DNA of 64,000 nt from an uncultured Verrucomicrobiae bacterium. GTDB taxonomy: Bacteria; Verrucomicrobiota; Verrucomicrobiia; Chthoniobacterales; Chthoniobacteraceae. A model generated the notes under the pieces. The model saw only the letters and a program-made list of their open reading frames with translations, ran no database searches and was not told the origin of the DNA. Position 1 is the stretch's first letter; each line of letters starts with the position of its first letter. The stretch covers positions 512,001-576,000 of the forward strand of contig CAVYKI010000006.1 of NCBI GenBank assembly GCA_963769025.1. Direction: 5' to 3'. Of this stretch, positions 9,596-18,451 are shown in pieces. Both the position numbers and the translations under genes were made by a program.

Positions 9596-9702
9596 AACGC
9601 GCAGACGCAGAGGAAGCAGATTCGGGCGCTGAGCCGCACCAAATGGCATCCCGGCATTCCGGTTCGTCTCTTCTCCGCGTCTCTGCGTCTCTGCGTTTCA
9701 AA
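9591..9702. repeat. Palindromic ~112-bp element with terminal inverted repeats built from ACGCAGAG octamers (REP/MITE-like)
   Basis: TTTGAAACGCGCAGACGCAGAG ... CTCTGCGTCTCTGCGTTTCAAA. Confidence 0.8.
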
Positions 9703-9777
9703 ATAGGCCGCACGACCCGCCCGAACACTCCCCATTTACGAGCGCCGGATGCTCGTCTAGCTTCCGCACCCTTCGCC

Positions 9778-11145
9778 ATGCCGAAAGTTTTTCTCAAGAC
9801 CTATGGATGCCAGATGAACGAGCGCGACTCCGAGCAGGTCGCGCGCGATCTCGTCGGTCGCGGCTATGAGCTGACGGCGGAGGAAAAGGCCGCGGATGTC
9901 GTGCTCATCAACACGTGCAGCGTCCGCGACCTCGCGGAGCAGAAGGCGCTCGGAAAGATGGGGCTGCTCGGCCGGCTGCGCGCGAACAAGCCGGAGATGG
10001 TCTTCGGATTTCTCGGCTGCATGGCCCAGAGCCGCGGTGACGAGCTCGTCCGTGACATTGCGCACGTGGATCTCGTCGTGGGCACGCAGAAATTTCACAA
10101 GGTCGCCGACTACGTGGAGCAGCTCCTGCAGCGGAAACTCGCGCTCGGCGAGCGGCTCATGGACGACGCGCGTTTCAGCATCGTGGACATCGCGGAGGAG
10201 CCGGGCTCGCAGGACACGATCCGCGAGCATGTGCTGAAGGAACGGCAGGTGACGGCCTTCGTCAGCATCATGCAGGGATGCAACATGCACTGCACCTTTT
10301 GCATCGTGCCGAGCACGCGCGGCTCGGAGCGCTCGCGTCCCATCGCGGACATAGTGCAGGAAGTCGAGGGGCTCGTCGCGCGCGGCGTGCGCGAGGTGAC
10401 GCTGCTCGGGCAGATCGTGAACCAGTATGGTCGCCACGAGTTCCCGCGCGTCGGGGAAAAGTCGCCGTTCGTCCAGCTTCTTGAAGCGGTGCATGCGGTC
10501 GAAGGGCTGCAGCGGCTGCGTTTCACTTCGCCGCATCCCATCGGTTTTCGCTCAGACCTCGTGGATTGCTACGCGCGGCTGCCAAAGCTCATGGCGCACG
10601 TGCATCTCCCGGTGCAGAGCGGGAGCGACCGCATCCTCAAGGCGATGCATCGCACTTACACGGCGGAGAAGTATCTCAGGCTCGTCGATTCGCTGCGTGC
10701 CGCGCGGCCGGACATCGCCATCACCACGGATGTCATCGTCGGCTTTCCCGGCGAGACGGATGCCGACTTCGAGGCTTCGTGCGAACTCTACCGCCGCGTG
10801 GGTTTCGACAATGCATTTGTCTTCAAATACAGCACGCGCCGGGACACCCCGGCAGCGCTGATGGATGGGCAGGTGCCGGAGGAAATCCGCGATGAGCGCA
10901 ACCGGGTGCTGCTGGCGCTCGTGGATGATTTCGCGCTCAAGAAAAACGAGTTGCTCGTCGGCAAGCGCGTGGAGATTTTGTGCGAAGGGCCGAGCAGGAC
11001 GAATCCCTCGACGCTCTCGGGCCGTTCACCGGGGAACAAGATCGTGATCTTCGAGGGCGGCGAACGCCACGTCGGCCAAGTCTTCGACGTGCAGATCGAG
11101 CGGACGACCGGCTTCAGCCTCTACGGCAATCCCGCGGTGCTCTGA
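9778..11145 (+). CDS. miaB: tRNA (N6-isopentenyl-A37)-methylthiotransferase MiaB
   Basis: TYGCQMNERDSE, NTCSVR, CNMHCTFC radical-SAM motif, RLRFTSPHP, C-terminal TRAM domain. Confidence 0.96.
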   Translation: MPKVFLKTYGCQMNERDSEQVARDLVGRGYELTAEEKAADVVLINTCSVRDLAEQKALGKMGLLGRLRANKPEMVFGFLGCMAQSRGDELVRDIAHVDLVVGTQKFHKVADYVEQLLQRKLALGERLMDDARFSIVDIAEEPGSQDTIREHVLKERQVTAFVSIMQGCNMHCTFCIVPSTRGSERSRPIADIVQEVEGLVARGVREVTLLGQIVNQYGRHEFPRVGEKSPFVQLLEAVHAVEGLQRLRFTSPHPIGFRSDLVDCYARLPKLMAHVHLPVQSGSDRILKAMHRTYTAEKYLRLVDSLRAARPDIAITTDVIVGFPGETDADFEASCELYRRVGFDNAFVFKYSTRRDTPAALMDGQVPEEIRDERNRVLLALVDDFALKKNELLVGKRVEILCEGPSRTNPSTLSGRSPGNKIVIFEGGERHVGQVFDVQIERTTGFSLYGNPAVL

Positions 11146-11147
11146 GC

Positions 11148-11549
11148 TCAGCGAGGGCGCTGCGCCTCGTTGGTGCCCTGCAGCACGCGCGTGCCGATGG
11201 CCGCGAGGCCCGCGAAAACCACGAAACCGAGCAGCCCCACGATGTGCAGCGCGAGGAGCACCTTGAACGGCAGCACCGCGAAGATCGCGACCAGCGCCAG
11301 CGCGACCGCCACGAAGAAGTAGATCGTCGCTGCTGCGATGAGCGAGATCTTCGACATCCCGGCGGCCTGTTCGCCGCGCGAAGTACCGCTGAAGGTGAAT
11401 GCAACCCACAGGAAAAGCTCGGACGCTGCGACCGCGCCGATACTCAGCCAGAACGTTTCCGTCCATTGTTCCTGCGGCACGAAGAGCATCGTGATGCCGA
11501 CGGTCGAGGCGATGATTGCGAGGAAGATGAGGGTCCAGATGGCTTTCAT
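11148..11549 (-). CDS. Hypothetical 4-TM membrane protein
   Basis: 133 aa, four hydrophobic segments, host-like codon bias. Confidence 0.75.
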   Translation of the reverse strand: MKAIWTLIFLAIIASTVGITMLFVPQEQWTETFWLSIGAVAASELFLWVAFTFSGTSRGEQAAGMSKISLIAAATIYFFVAVALALVAIFAVLPFKVLLALHIVGLLGFVVFAGLAAIGTRVLQGTNEAQRPR

Positions 11550-11700
11550 GTTCGTGTGCGGAATGTGGGACCGAGCTGCGGCGCGTGCAATGATGAAGGT
11601 CGCGCGGATTTGTCATTGCCCGTAGCCGCCGACGGAAGGAGGCGGGCCATTTCTCACGCGGAACTTGGAGAAAGATCAGCCCGCCTCCTGCCGTCGGCGG

Positions 11701-12735
11701 CTACGTGAGCGCTACGACGGCCTTGATCACGCCGCTTTCGGGCTTCAGCCAGGTGGGGAAGACGTCGATCATGTCGTCAAATCTCGCGTGATGCGTGATC
11801 CACGGGGCGGTGTTGATTTTCCCGTCCTCGATGAGCGAGATGATGCGCGTGAAATCGGGCGGCAGCGCATTCCGCGAGGCCATGATGGTGACTTCGCGGC
11901 GGTGCAATATCGGCGCGTGGAGGAAGCTGACCTCCTGCTGCGTGATGCCCACGTAAACGAGCCGGCCGGCGTAGGCGCAATAGGCGAGCGCGCCCCCCAT
12001 GCTCTTGTTGCTGCCGGTGGCGTCCACGACCACGTCGGCGAGTTGGCCGTTCGTGATTGTGGTGAGTTGCTCAAGCGCCTGCGCTTCGCCGCCGGGGGCG
12101 AGAAGGATCGTGTCGGGCACGCCCATTTTCTCGCGGACGAACTGCAGGCGCGCCGCGTTCATATCCATGACGACCGTGCGCGCGCCGCTGAGCCGCGCGA
12201 ATTCGATCACGGAAAGTCCGATCGGCCCCGCGCCGATGACGAGCACGTGCTCGCCGGGCTGCGGGTTTCCGCGGTTCACCGCATGGCAGCCGATGGCGAG
12301 CGTCTCGACGAGTGCGAGCTGATCGAAGGTGAGCTTGCGCGAGACGTGGAGCTTGCGCGCGGGAACGAGGAAGCGTTCGCACATTCCGCCGTCGCACATC
12401 ACTCCGAGCGTCTTGTGCGCCTCGCAGCAGTTCGAATGGCCGCGGCGGCACGAGTAGCATTTCTGGCAGTTGATGTACGGCTCGACGGAGCAGTGGTCGC
12501 CCGGCTTCACATTCGTCACGCCTTCGCCGACGGAGAGCACTTCGACGCCGAGTTCATGGCCGGGGATGCGCGGGTAGCTGAAAAAGGGCATCTTGCCGAG
12601 GAAGCCCGAGTAGTCCGTGCCGCAGATGCCGATGCGGTGAATGGTGACGACCGCGTCGCCGGGGCCGGGTGCGGGCGGCTCTGCGATTTCGATCTTGCGG
12701 AAGGACTGGGGCTTCTCGAGCTGGATTGCTTTCAT
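11701..12735 (-). CDS. Zn-dependent medium-chain (sugar-acid/alcohol) dehydrogenase, YjjN/LgoD-like
   Basis: GICGTD, GHE, CQKCYSC...C, GAGPIG, DATG and MASRNA motifs. Confidence 0.9.
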   Translation of the reverse strand: MKAIQLEKPQSFRKIEIAEPPAPGPGDAVVTIHRIGICGTDYSGFLGKMPFFSYPRIPGHELGVEVLSVGEGVTNVKPGDHCSVEPYINCQKCYSCRRGHSNCCEAHKTLGVMCDGGMCERFLVPARKLHVSRKLTFDQLALVETLAIGCHAVNRGNPQPGEHVLVIGAGPIGLSVIEFARLSGARTVVMDMNAARLQFVREKMGVPDTILLAPGGEAQALEQLTTITNGQLADVVVDATGSNKSMGGALAYCAYAGRLVYVGITQQEVSFLHAPILHRREVTIMASRNALPPDFTRIISLIEDGKINTAPWITHHARFDDMIDVFPTWLKPESGVIKAVVALT

Positions 12736-12771
12736 GTGGGGTTGGGAGAAAAGCGGATGCCGGCGTGCGGA

Positions 12772-13989
12772 TCAACGTATTGGCGTCTTCATGTTCGCCA
12801 ACAACTCGCGCGCGCAGGCCTCGGCGAATGGAGCGTCGTTGATCGCGCAGTCGAGTTCGACGACCCGGATGTCCTTGCGCAGCCGCGAAGTGAGCGTGTC
12901 GAAAAGCGCCTCGTCGGCCTCGCCATGCTCGAAAGGCTGGCCCGGTGCGCTGATCACGCTGATGCCGTTCCATGGAAGGAGCACGGTCACCGGCCCTGTG
13001 GAGCGGTTGATTTTCTCGGCGAGAATTTTTCCGAGCTGCTTGCACTCCTCCACGTTCGTCCGCATGAGCGTGACCTGCGGGTTGTGCTGGTAAAAGCGGC
13101 GTCCCTTGAACTTTGCGGGCACCGTCTCGGGTGCGCCGAAGTTCACCATGTCGAGGCAGCCGGGTGCGATGATGGCGGGCGTGCCGGTCTTCGCCGCGGC
13201 GTCCAGGCGTGACGGGCCTGCGGCGAGGACGCCGCCGACGAGTTCGTCCGCCCACTCGGTGGTCGTGATGTCGAGCACGCCAGCGGCCATTCCGCTCTCG
13301 ATGAGGGACTCCATCGTGCGCCCGCCGGTGCCGGTGGCGGCGAAGATGAGCACCTCGAAGCCCGCGCCCTCGACGAGGGCCTTTGCCCGCTGCACGCACT
13401 CGGTCGTGTTGCCAAACATGCTCGCGACGACGATCGGCTTTTCCGCCGCATCCGCCGGCACCTGTGCCTCGACCATTCCGCAAATCGCGCCGGCGGCTCG
13501 CGTGAGGATGGTGCGCGAGATGCGGTTGATGCCGGCGACATCGACGACCGCGGGGAACATCACGATGTCCTTCACGCCGACGTACTGCGCCGTGTTGCCG
13601 CTCGCGAGCGTGGACACCATGAGCTTTGGAAAACCGAGCGGCAGCGCGCGCATCCCGGCGGTCGCGATGGCCGTGCCTCCGCCGCCGCCGAGTGAGATGA
13701 CGCCGTCGATCTTTCCCTCGGTCTGGAACTTCGCAAGCACCGCGGCAGCCGCGCCCGCCATCGCCGCGACGCACTCGCCGCGGTCGTGCCGGGCGATGAG
13801 CGCCGGGAGATCGAGGCCGGCGATGCGCGCGACTTCCTCGCGGGAAATGTCGGGCTTCAGCCGCGGCGGTTGGTCGGTGCCGACATCGATGACGAGGGTG
13901 CCGTGGCCGCGCGCGCGGATTTGTGCGGCGACGAATGCGTGCTCGTCGCCCTTCGTGTCCAGGGTGCCGAGGAGTGCGATGGTGGCCAT
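12772..13989 (-). CDS. UPF0261 / Tm-1-like ATP-binding domain protein
   Basis: GTLDTKGDE, GGGGGT, LPLGFPKLMVST, SMFGNTT, PGCLDMVNFG and HNPQVTLMRT motifs. Confidence 0.92.
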   Translation of the reverse strand: MATIALLGTLDTKGDEHAFVAAQIRARGHGTLVIDVGTDQPPRLKPDISREEVARIAGLDLPALIARHDRGECVAAMAGAAAAVLAKFQTEGKIDGVISLGGGGGTAIATAGMRALPLGFPKLMVSTLASGNTAQYVGVKDIVMFPAVVDVAGINRISRTILTRAAGAICGMVEAQVPADAAEKPIVVASMFGNTTECVQRAKALVEGAGFEVLIFAATGTGGRTMESLIESGMAAGVLDITTTEWADELVGGVLAAGPSRLDAAAKTGTPAIIAPGCLDMVNFGAPETVPAKFKGRRFYQHNPQVTLMRTNVEECKQLGKILAEKINRSTGPVTVLLPWNGISVISAPGQPFEHGEADEALFDTLTSRLRKDIRVVELDCAINDAPFAEACARELLANMKTPIR

Positions 13990-14000
13990 GCGGCGCGGAA

Positions 14001-14618
14001 CTACGGCAGTTCCTCGATGGCGATGTCCTTGAAAAAGACCACGGCCTTTGCACCGCCGTGGATTTGCAGCGCGATGAGGCCTTCCTCGGCGATGTCCTTT
14101 TCCTCCTCGGTATAGTCGATGGTCTGCACGCCATTGAGCCAGATCTGGATGCGCTTCCCTTCGCAGCGGATGCGGTAGTCGTTCCAGTCATTGCGGCGAA
14201 GGACCTTGTTGACGGCTTCCATGTCGGATTTCGCGAGGACCTTCTTGCGGCGCGACTCGTCGTAGAGGCAGCCCCACCACGTCGGGTCGCCGATGTCGGC
14301 CTGGTAGCCGAACATTTCGTGCGCGGGCTTTTCCATGCGCACGCTGCGGACCTGGACGCCGGAATTCACGAAGCCCTCGGTGCCGGTGAGCTTGAATTTC
14401 AGCGTGAGGTCGAAATTTCTGTACGTCTTTTTTGCCGAGAGGAATTCATTGCGCGGGACTGTTTCATCGAGCGAGCCGCCGGTGATGCAGCCATCCTGAA
14501 CGCGCCACGTTTTCGCGGTGTCGCCGCTCCAGCCGTCGAGGGTTTTGCCGTCGAAGAGGCTGACGGGTGCGGCGTGGCCGGTGGTGATGAGCGCGATCGC
14601 GAGGAGGATGTGTTTCAT
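14001..14618 (-). CDS. DUF1080 (3-keto-disaccharide hydrolase-like) secreted protein
   Basis: SLFDGKTLDGW, NSGVQVRS, WNDYRIRC and GLIALQIH motifs. Confidence 0.92.
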   Translation of the reverse strand: MKHILLAIALITTGHAAPVSLFDGKTLDGWSGDTAKTWRVQDGCITGGSLDETVPRNEFLSAKKTYRNFDLTLKFKLTGTEGFVNSGVQVRSVRMEKPAHEMFGYQADIGDPTWWGCLYDESRRKKVLAKSDMEAVNKVLRRNDWNDYRIRCEGKRIQIWLNGVQTIDYTEEEKDIAEEGLIALQIHGGAKAVVFFKDIAIEELP

Positions 14619-14628
14619 AAGGTGCGGA

Positions 14629-15351
14629 CTATTGATGGGGCTGGTTGGGGTCGATGTCGCCGAGGATCTGCCAGATGCGATCCTGCGCGGCGTTGTTGCC
14701 GGCGCTGATCGAGGAGCAGCTCGCGAGCTCGGACTTGAATTTTTCGCGTGGTACCCAGCGTCCGCTGCCGTCGGTGAAGATGACGTTGACGCCGTCCTTG
14801 TGGCGGGAGTCCACGCGAGCGGGCATGCCGACGCCGTCGGCGATGAGGGGAGTGCGTGGGAGGGTGGTGAGGCGGATGGGGACTTCCGGAAAGTCGGACG
14901 TGCCCCAGTCCACGAGCGGGTTGGTGCCGTAGCCGCCCTGCAGGTTTTTGCCGGCCTGGATGGGCCACGGATTTTCCTTGGTATTGTAGGCCTGCGTCTT
15001 GTCCCGCTCGGAGGGGCAGAAGAACCCGCGCGCGTCCTTGGCGCTGTTGCCCGCGAGGAGCTTGCCCAGGAGGACGTATTGGTTCACGGAAGAGGCGTAG
15101 AGCGTGGTGTTGAACTGCTTTTGCCCGAGCCGGTATCCGATGGGAAGCGCGCCGTCATTATCCGCGGCAAAGCCGGAGACGAGGGAGTGCAACTGGCGGA
15201 GGTTCGACATGCAGGCCGCGCGGTTGCCTTGCTCGCGGCTGCGGCCGAGCGCGGTGAGGATGAGCCCGGCGAGGATGGCGATGACCGCGATGACGACGAG
15301 CAGTTCGATCAACGTGAAGGCGGACGGACGCGGGCGGGGGAGGGGGTTCAA
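14629..15351 (-). CDS. Prepilin-type N-terminal cleavage/methylation protein with H-X9-DG motif
   Basis: [45 protein letters not shown]. Start (TTG 15351) is inferred. Confidence 0.88.
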   Translation of the reverse strand: MNPLPRPRPSAFTLIELLVVIAVIAILAGLILTALGRSREQGNRAACMSNLRQLHSLVSGFAADNDGALPIGYRLGQKQFNTTLYASSVNQYVLLGKLLAGNSAKDARGFFCPSERDKTQAYNTKENPWPIQAGKNLQGGYGTNPLVDWGTSDFPEVPIRLTTLPRTPLIADGVGMPARVDSRHKDGVNVIFTDGSGRWVPREKFKSELASCSSISAGNNAAQDRIWQILGDIDPNQPHQ

Positions 15352-15460
15352 AGCATGCGCAGTCTGGCGGGCCGCATGCGGGGACTCAAGCGTGCGTTCG
15401 GCGGCGGAGGGACGCAGTTGCGGATTGCAGCGGCGGACGCACCCGGCACAACTGCGCCGG

Positions 15461-16219
15461 ATGCAGCCCGACAACACACGATCCCGGCAGATACTCGGCG
15501 TCCGGTTTTTTACCGGGAGCGTGGAGGAGGCTGTCGCGATCGCGATGCGTGGCGGGTTGGTCGTGGTGCCATCCGCACCGGTGCTGGTGACTGCGGCGGA
15601 AGACCCGGCGACCCAGGCGGCGCTGGTGGGGAGCGATCTGGCGATCACGGACAGCGGGTTGATGATCCTGCTTTGGCTCGCTCTGAAAGGGGAGCGCATC
15701 CCGCGGGTGTCGGGCCTTGCGTATCTGAAGCTGCTGCTCCGCGAACCCGCCGTCCGCGCGCCGGGCGCGACGCTGTGGGTGATGCCGGGCGAGGAGTCGG
15801 CGCGGCGAAATTCCGAGTGGCTGCGGGCGAACGGATGCGCGGTGGAACGGGAAGATTGCTACGTGGCTCCGGCGTACGCCGGCGGCGCGCTGAGCGATCC
15901 GGCACTGCTGGCGGAGGTGCAGAGGCGGAGGCCGGCACACATCATCATGGCGATCGGCGGCGGGGTGCAGGAGCGTCTGGGACATTTTCTGCAGCGGAAT
16001 GCCGGATACCGTCCCGCGATTCACTGCACCGGCGCGGCGATCGGCTTCCTGAGCGGCGAGCAGGTGAGCATCCCCGTGTGGGCCGATCGGTTTTTTCTGG
16101 GGTGGCTGTTCCGGTGCCTCCAATCGCCGTCGCGTTTCATCCCGCGGTATGTGAAGGCGATAAAATTGATTTTCCTTATGCTCCGGTGGCGTGCCACTGT
16201 CCCCGGCTCCACTCCCTGA
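15461..16219 (+). CDS. WecB/TagA/CpsF family glycosyltransferase
   Basis: [27 protein letters not shown] and LGWLFR...P.RF..RY motifs. Confidence 0.88.
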   Translation: MQPDNTRSRQILGVRFFTGSVEEAVAIAMRGGLVVVPSAPVLVTAAEDPATQAALVGSDLAITDSGLMILLWLALKGERIPRVSGLAYLKLLLREPAVRAPGATLWVMPGEESARRNSEWLRANGCAVEREDCYVAPAYAGGALSDPALLAEVQRRRPAHIIMAIGGGVQERLGHFLQRNAGYRPAIHCTGAAIGFLSGEQVSIPVWADRFFLGWLFRCLQSPSRFIPRYVKAIKLIFLMLRWRATVPGSTP

Positions 16220-17595
16220 TGCGCCCTCACCGTCCACCGCTGATAAAGACACGCTGCCTCCCAGGCTCGCGTGTCCGGGAGGCGGTCGTTTCGGGCTGGC
16301 GCTGCTGGCTCATGGTTCCGATGGCGTTTGGCGCGATGCTCGCACAGCAAGCCGGCGCTCAGGAAATCCCCCGACCGTCGTATGCTCGGCAAAAGCAGAG
16401 GACGGTGCTTCCGACGGTGTCGAATTTCCGGATCGGGGAAGTGCTGATGCGGGTCGATGCGCACCTGTCGACGCAATTTACGGACAACGTGGATCTGTCG
16501 CAGACTCCCAAGTCGGACCTGCTGATGAACCCGGAGATTGGCGTCAACGCGACATGGGCAGTGACCAAGCTGAATACCCTCCGGTTCCGCGCGGCGGTCG
16601 GCTACGCGTACTACTTGAACAGTCCTTTGCTGAACCGGCAGACAATGACGATCTCGCCGGATTCTGCGTTGAGCTTCGACATTTACGCGGGCGATGTGAA
16701 AATCAACCTTCACAACCAGTTCTCGCTGCAGCAGGACGCGATCAGCCAAGGTTCGCTGAGCGGTGTGGCGACGGTGGAGCGGTTCACCAACACGGCAGGT
16801 TTTTCGGTTTTGTGGGACACGAACGACGTGGTCTGGAACGTCGGCTACGACCACTACAATTTCATCACCCTCGGCGGTGCGAATTCGAGTTCCGGATCGG
16901 TCGCAAGCACACTGAGCACCCTGGACCACTCCACGGATCAGGTCTCGGTGTCGGTGGCCGTGAAACTCAGCACGGTGCTGATCGGCGGCATCGAGGGCAC
17001 CGCGGGGTATTCCGATTATCCTGAGCAAACCGACTCCAATTACTCGGCGATCTCATTTGGCCCGTTTTTCGAGATGCAGCTCACAAAATACACCCACGTG
17101 TTCATGTCCGGCGGCTACAAGGGATACTATTCCGGTGCAAACGCCGTGGGATCCGTGGCGGTGAGTTCCGCGACGGCTGCGCAGCCTTCGCAGGGTGATC
17201 CGACCGGTTATTACGCAAATGTCGGCTTTGTGCACCGCTTGAACCGCTACTACTCCGACCGTCTGGACTTCAGCCATTCGGACGATGTGGATGCGCTGGG
17301 CGGCCACTCGGCGACGGACACGATCCGTTATTCCGGGAGCTGGCGGGTCAATCGGAGGCTTGCGTTGGGCATCGGGCTTTTCATTGAGGATGTCCGGATT
17401 CTCGCAGGCAGCGCCTTGGGAGGAACGGTGGCTTCGGACTACAGCCGGGTCGGCGCCTCGCTCAGCACGGGGTATCAGCTCACCGAGCATCTGGACCTCG
17501 CATTGTCGTATCAGTATTTTAGAAAAACCGCTGAGCGTGAGTCGGAAAGTTACAGCCAGAACAGCGTCACAATCTCACTTGGATATCGCTTTTGA
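16219..17595 (+). CDS. Outer-membrane beta-barrel protein, EPS-locus associated
   Basis: TGATG overlap with the upstream gene, alternating beta-strand pattern, C-terminal LGYRF, located next to wza. Confidence 0.8.
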   Translation: MRPHRPPLIKTRCLPGSRVREAVVSGWRCWLMVPMAFGAMLAQQAGAQEIPRPSYARQKQRTVLPTVSNFRIGEVLMRVDAHLSTQFTDNVDLSQTPKSDLLMNPEIGVNATWAVTKLNTLRFRAAVGYAYYLNSPLLNRQTMTISPDSALSFDIYAGDVKINLHNQFSLQQDAISQGSLSGVATVERFTNTAGFSVLWDTNDVVWNVGYDHYNFITLGGANSSSGSVASTLSTLDHSTDQVSVSVAVKLSTVLIGGIEGTAGYSDYPEQTDSNYSAISFGPFFEMQLTKYTHVFMSGGYKGYYSGANAVGSVAVSSATAAQPSQGDPTGYYANVGFVHRLNRYYSDRLDFSHSDDVDALGGHSATDTIRYSGSWRVNRRLALGIGLFIEDVRILAGSALGGTVASDYSRVGASLSTGYQLTEHLDLALSYQYFRKTAERESESYSQNSVTISLGYRF

Positions 17596-17614
17596 ATGCG
17601 CTATGCTAGAAACT

Positions 17615-18439
17615 ATGATTTCGCGTCCCCGCTTCTTCCCCGTGCTGGTGTCTCTTACCTGGATGTTTCATAGCGCAGCCGTTTCGCTTTCCGTGGCGGC
17701 CCCCGTCGTCCCTGGCGGGGGACGGCCGGATGCGCCAGTCCCCCCGGACAACAGGGGGGCGGCTTCCCAGGTGCTCGGGACGAGCACGGTGGCCTACACC
17801 ACTTCGATGGAAGTCCTCAACGACACGACAAAGCTCGGCAGGGGCGACCGTGTCAGTTTTCGCGTCGTCGAGGATCGGCGTGATCCGATCGGGTTGGTCG
17901 TCACGGATTCGGGCGAGATGGAAGTGCCGCTCATCGGCCGCGTGAAGGCGCTCGACAAGACGTGCAAGGAACTCGCGCACGACATCAAGCCGCTGCTCGA
18001 AAAGGATTACTACGTGAAGGCGACCGTGATCATCGGGCTCGACCTCATCGGCACCAAATCCCGCGGGAAGGTGTATCTCACGGGCCAGATCCGCAGCCCC
18101 GGGGTGATGGAACTCATGCCCGGCGAAGACGTCACCGTCAGCCAGGCGATTCTGCGGGCGGGCGGCCTCGCCGATTTTGCGAACAAGCGAGAAGTCCGCA
18201 TCGTGCGGAAAAAGGAAGGCGTGAAGGCGCCGACAGCGGCAGCGATGAAGGCGGCGCAACGCAGCAAGCCGAGCTGGCTCGCGCGGCAGTTTGGCAAGAA
18301 GGAGGACACGACCAATGACTCCACGGAGACCATCATCGTGGACCTCGTGGAAATCCTCGAAAAAGGGCACCTGGAGAGAGACCCGGTGCTCCAGGTCGGC
18401 GACCTCATCGTAGTCCCGGAGCGACTTATCAATTTCTAA
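17615..18439 (+). CDS. Polysaccharide export protein (Poly_export + SLBB domains), Wza-like
   Basis: LGRGDRVSF, SGEMEVPLIGRVKA, AILRAGG and LQVGDLIVVPE motifs. Confidence 0.88.
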   Translation: MISRPRFFPVLVSLTWMFHSAAVSLSVAAPVVPGGGRPDAPVPPDNRGAASQVLGTSTVAYTTSMEVLNDTTKLGRGDRVSFRVVEDRRDPIGLVVTDSGEMEVPLIGRVKALDKTCKELAHDIKPLLEKDYYVKATVIIGLDLIGTKSRGKVYLTGQIRSPGVMELMPGEDVTVSQAILRAGGLADFANKREVRIVRKKEGVKAPTAAAMKAAQRSKPSWLARQFGKKEDTTNDSTETIIVDLVEILEKGHLERDPVLQVGDLIVVPERLINF

Positions 18440-18451
18440 CTGACGTCACAC

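Noticed and set aside
14518..16218. Apparent 1025-aa ORF 14518-17595
   Set aside because: Only the part from ATG 16219 looks like a protein; the upstream part overlaps the prepilin and glycosyltransferase genes.
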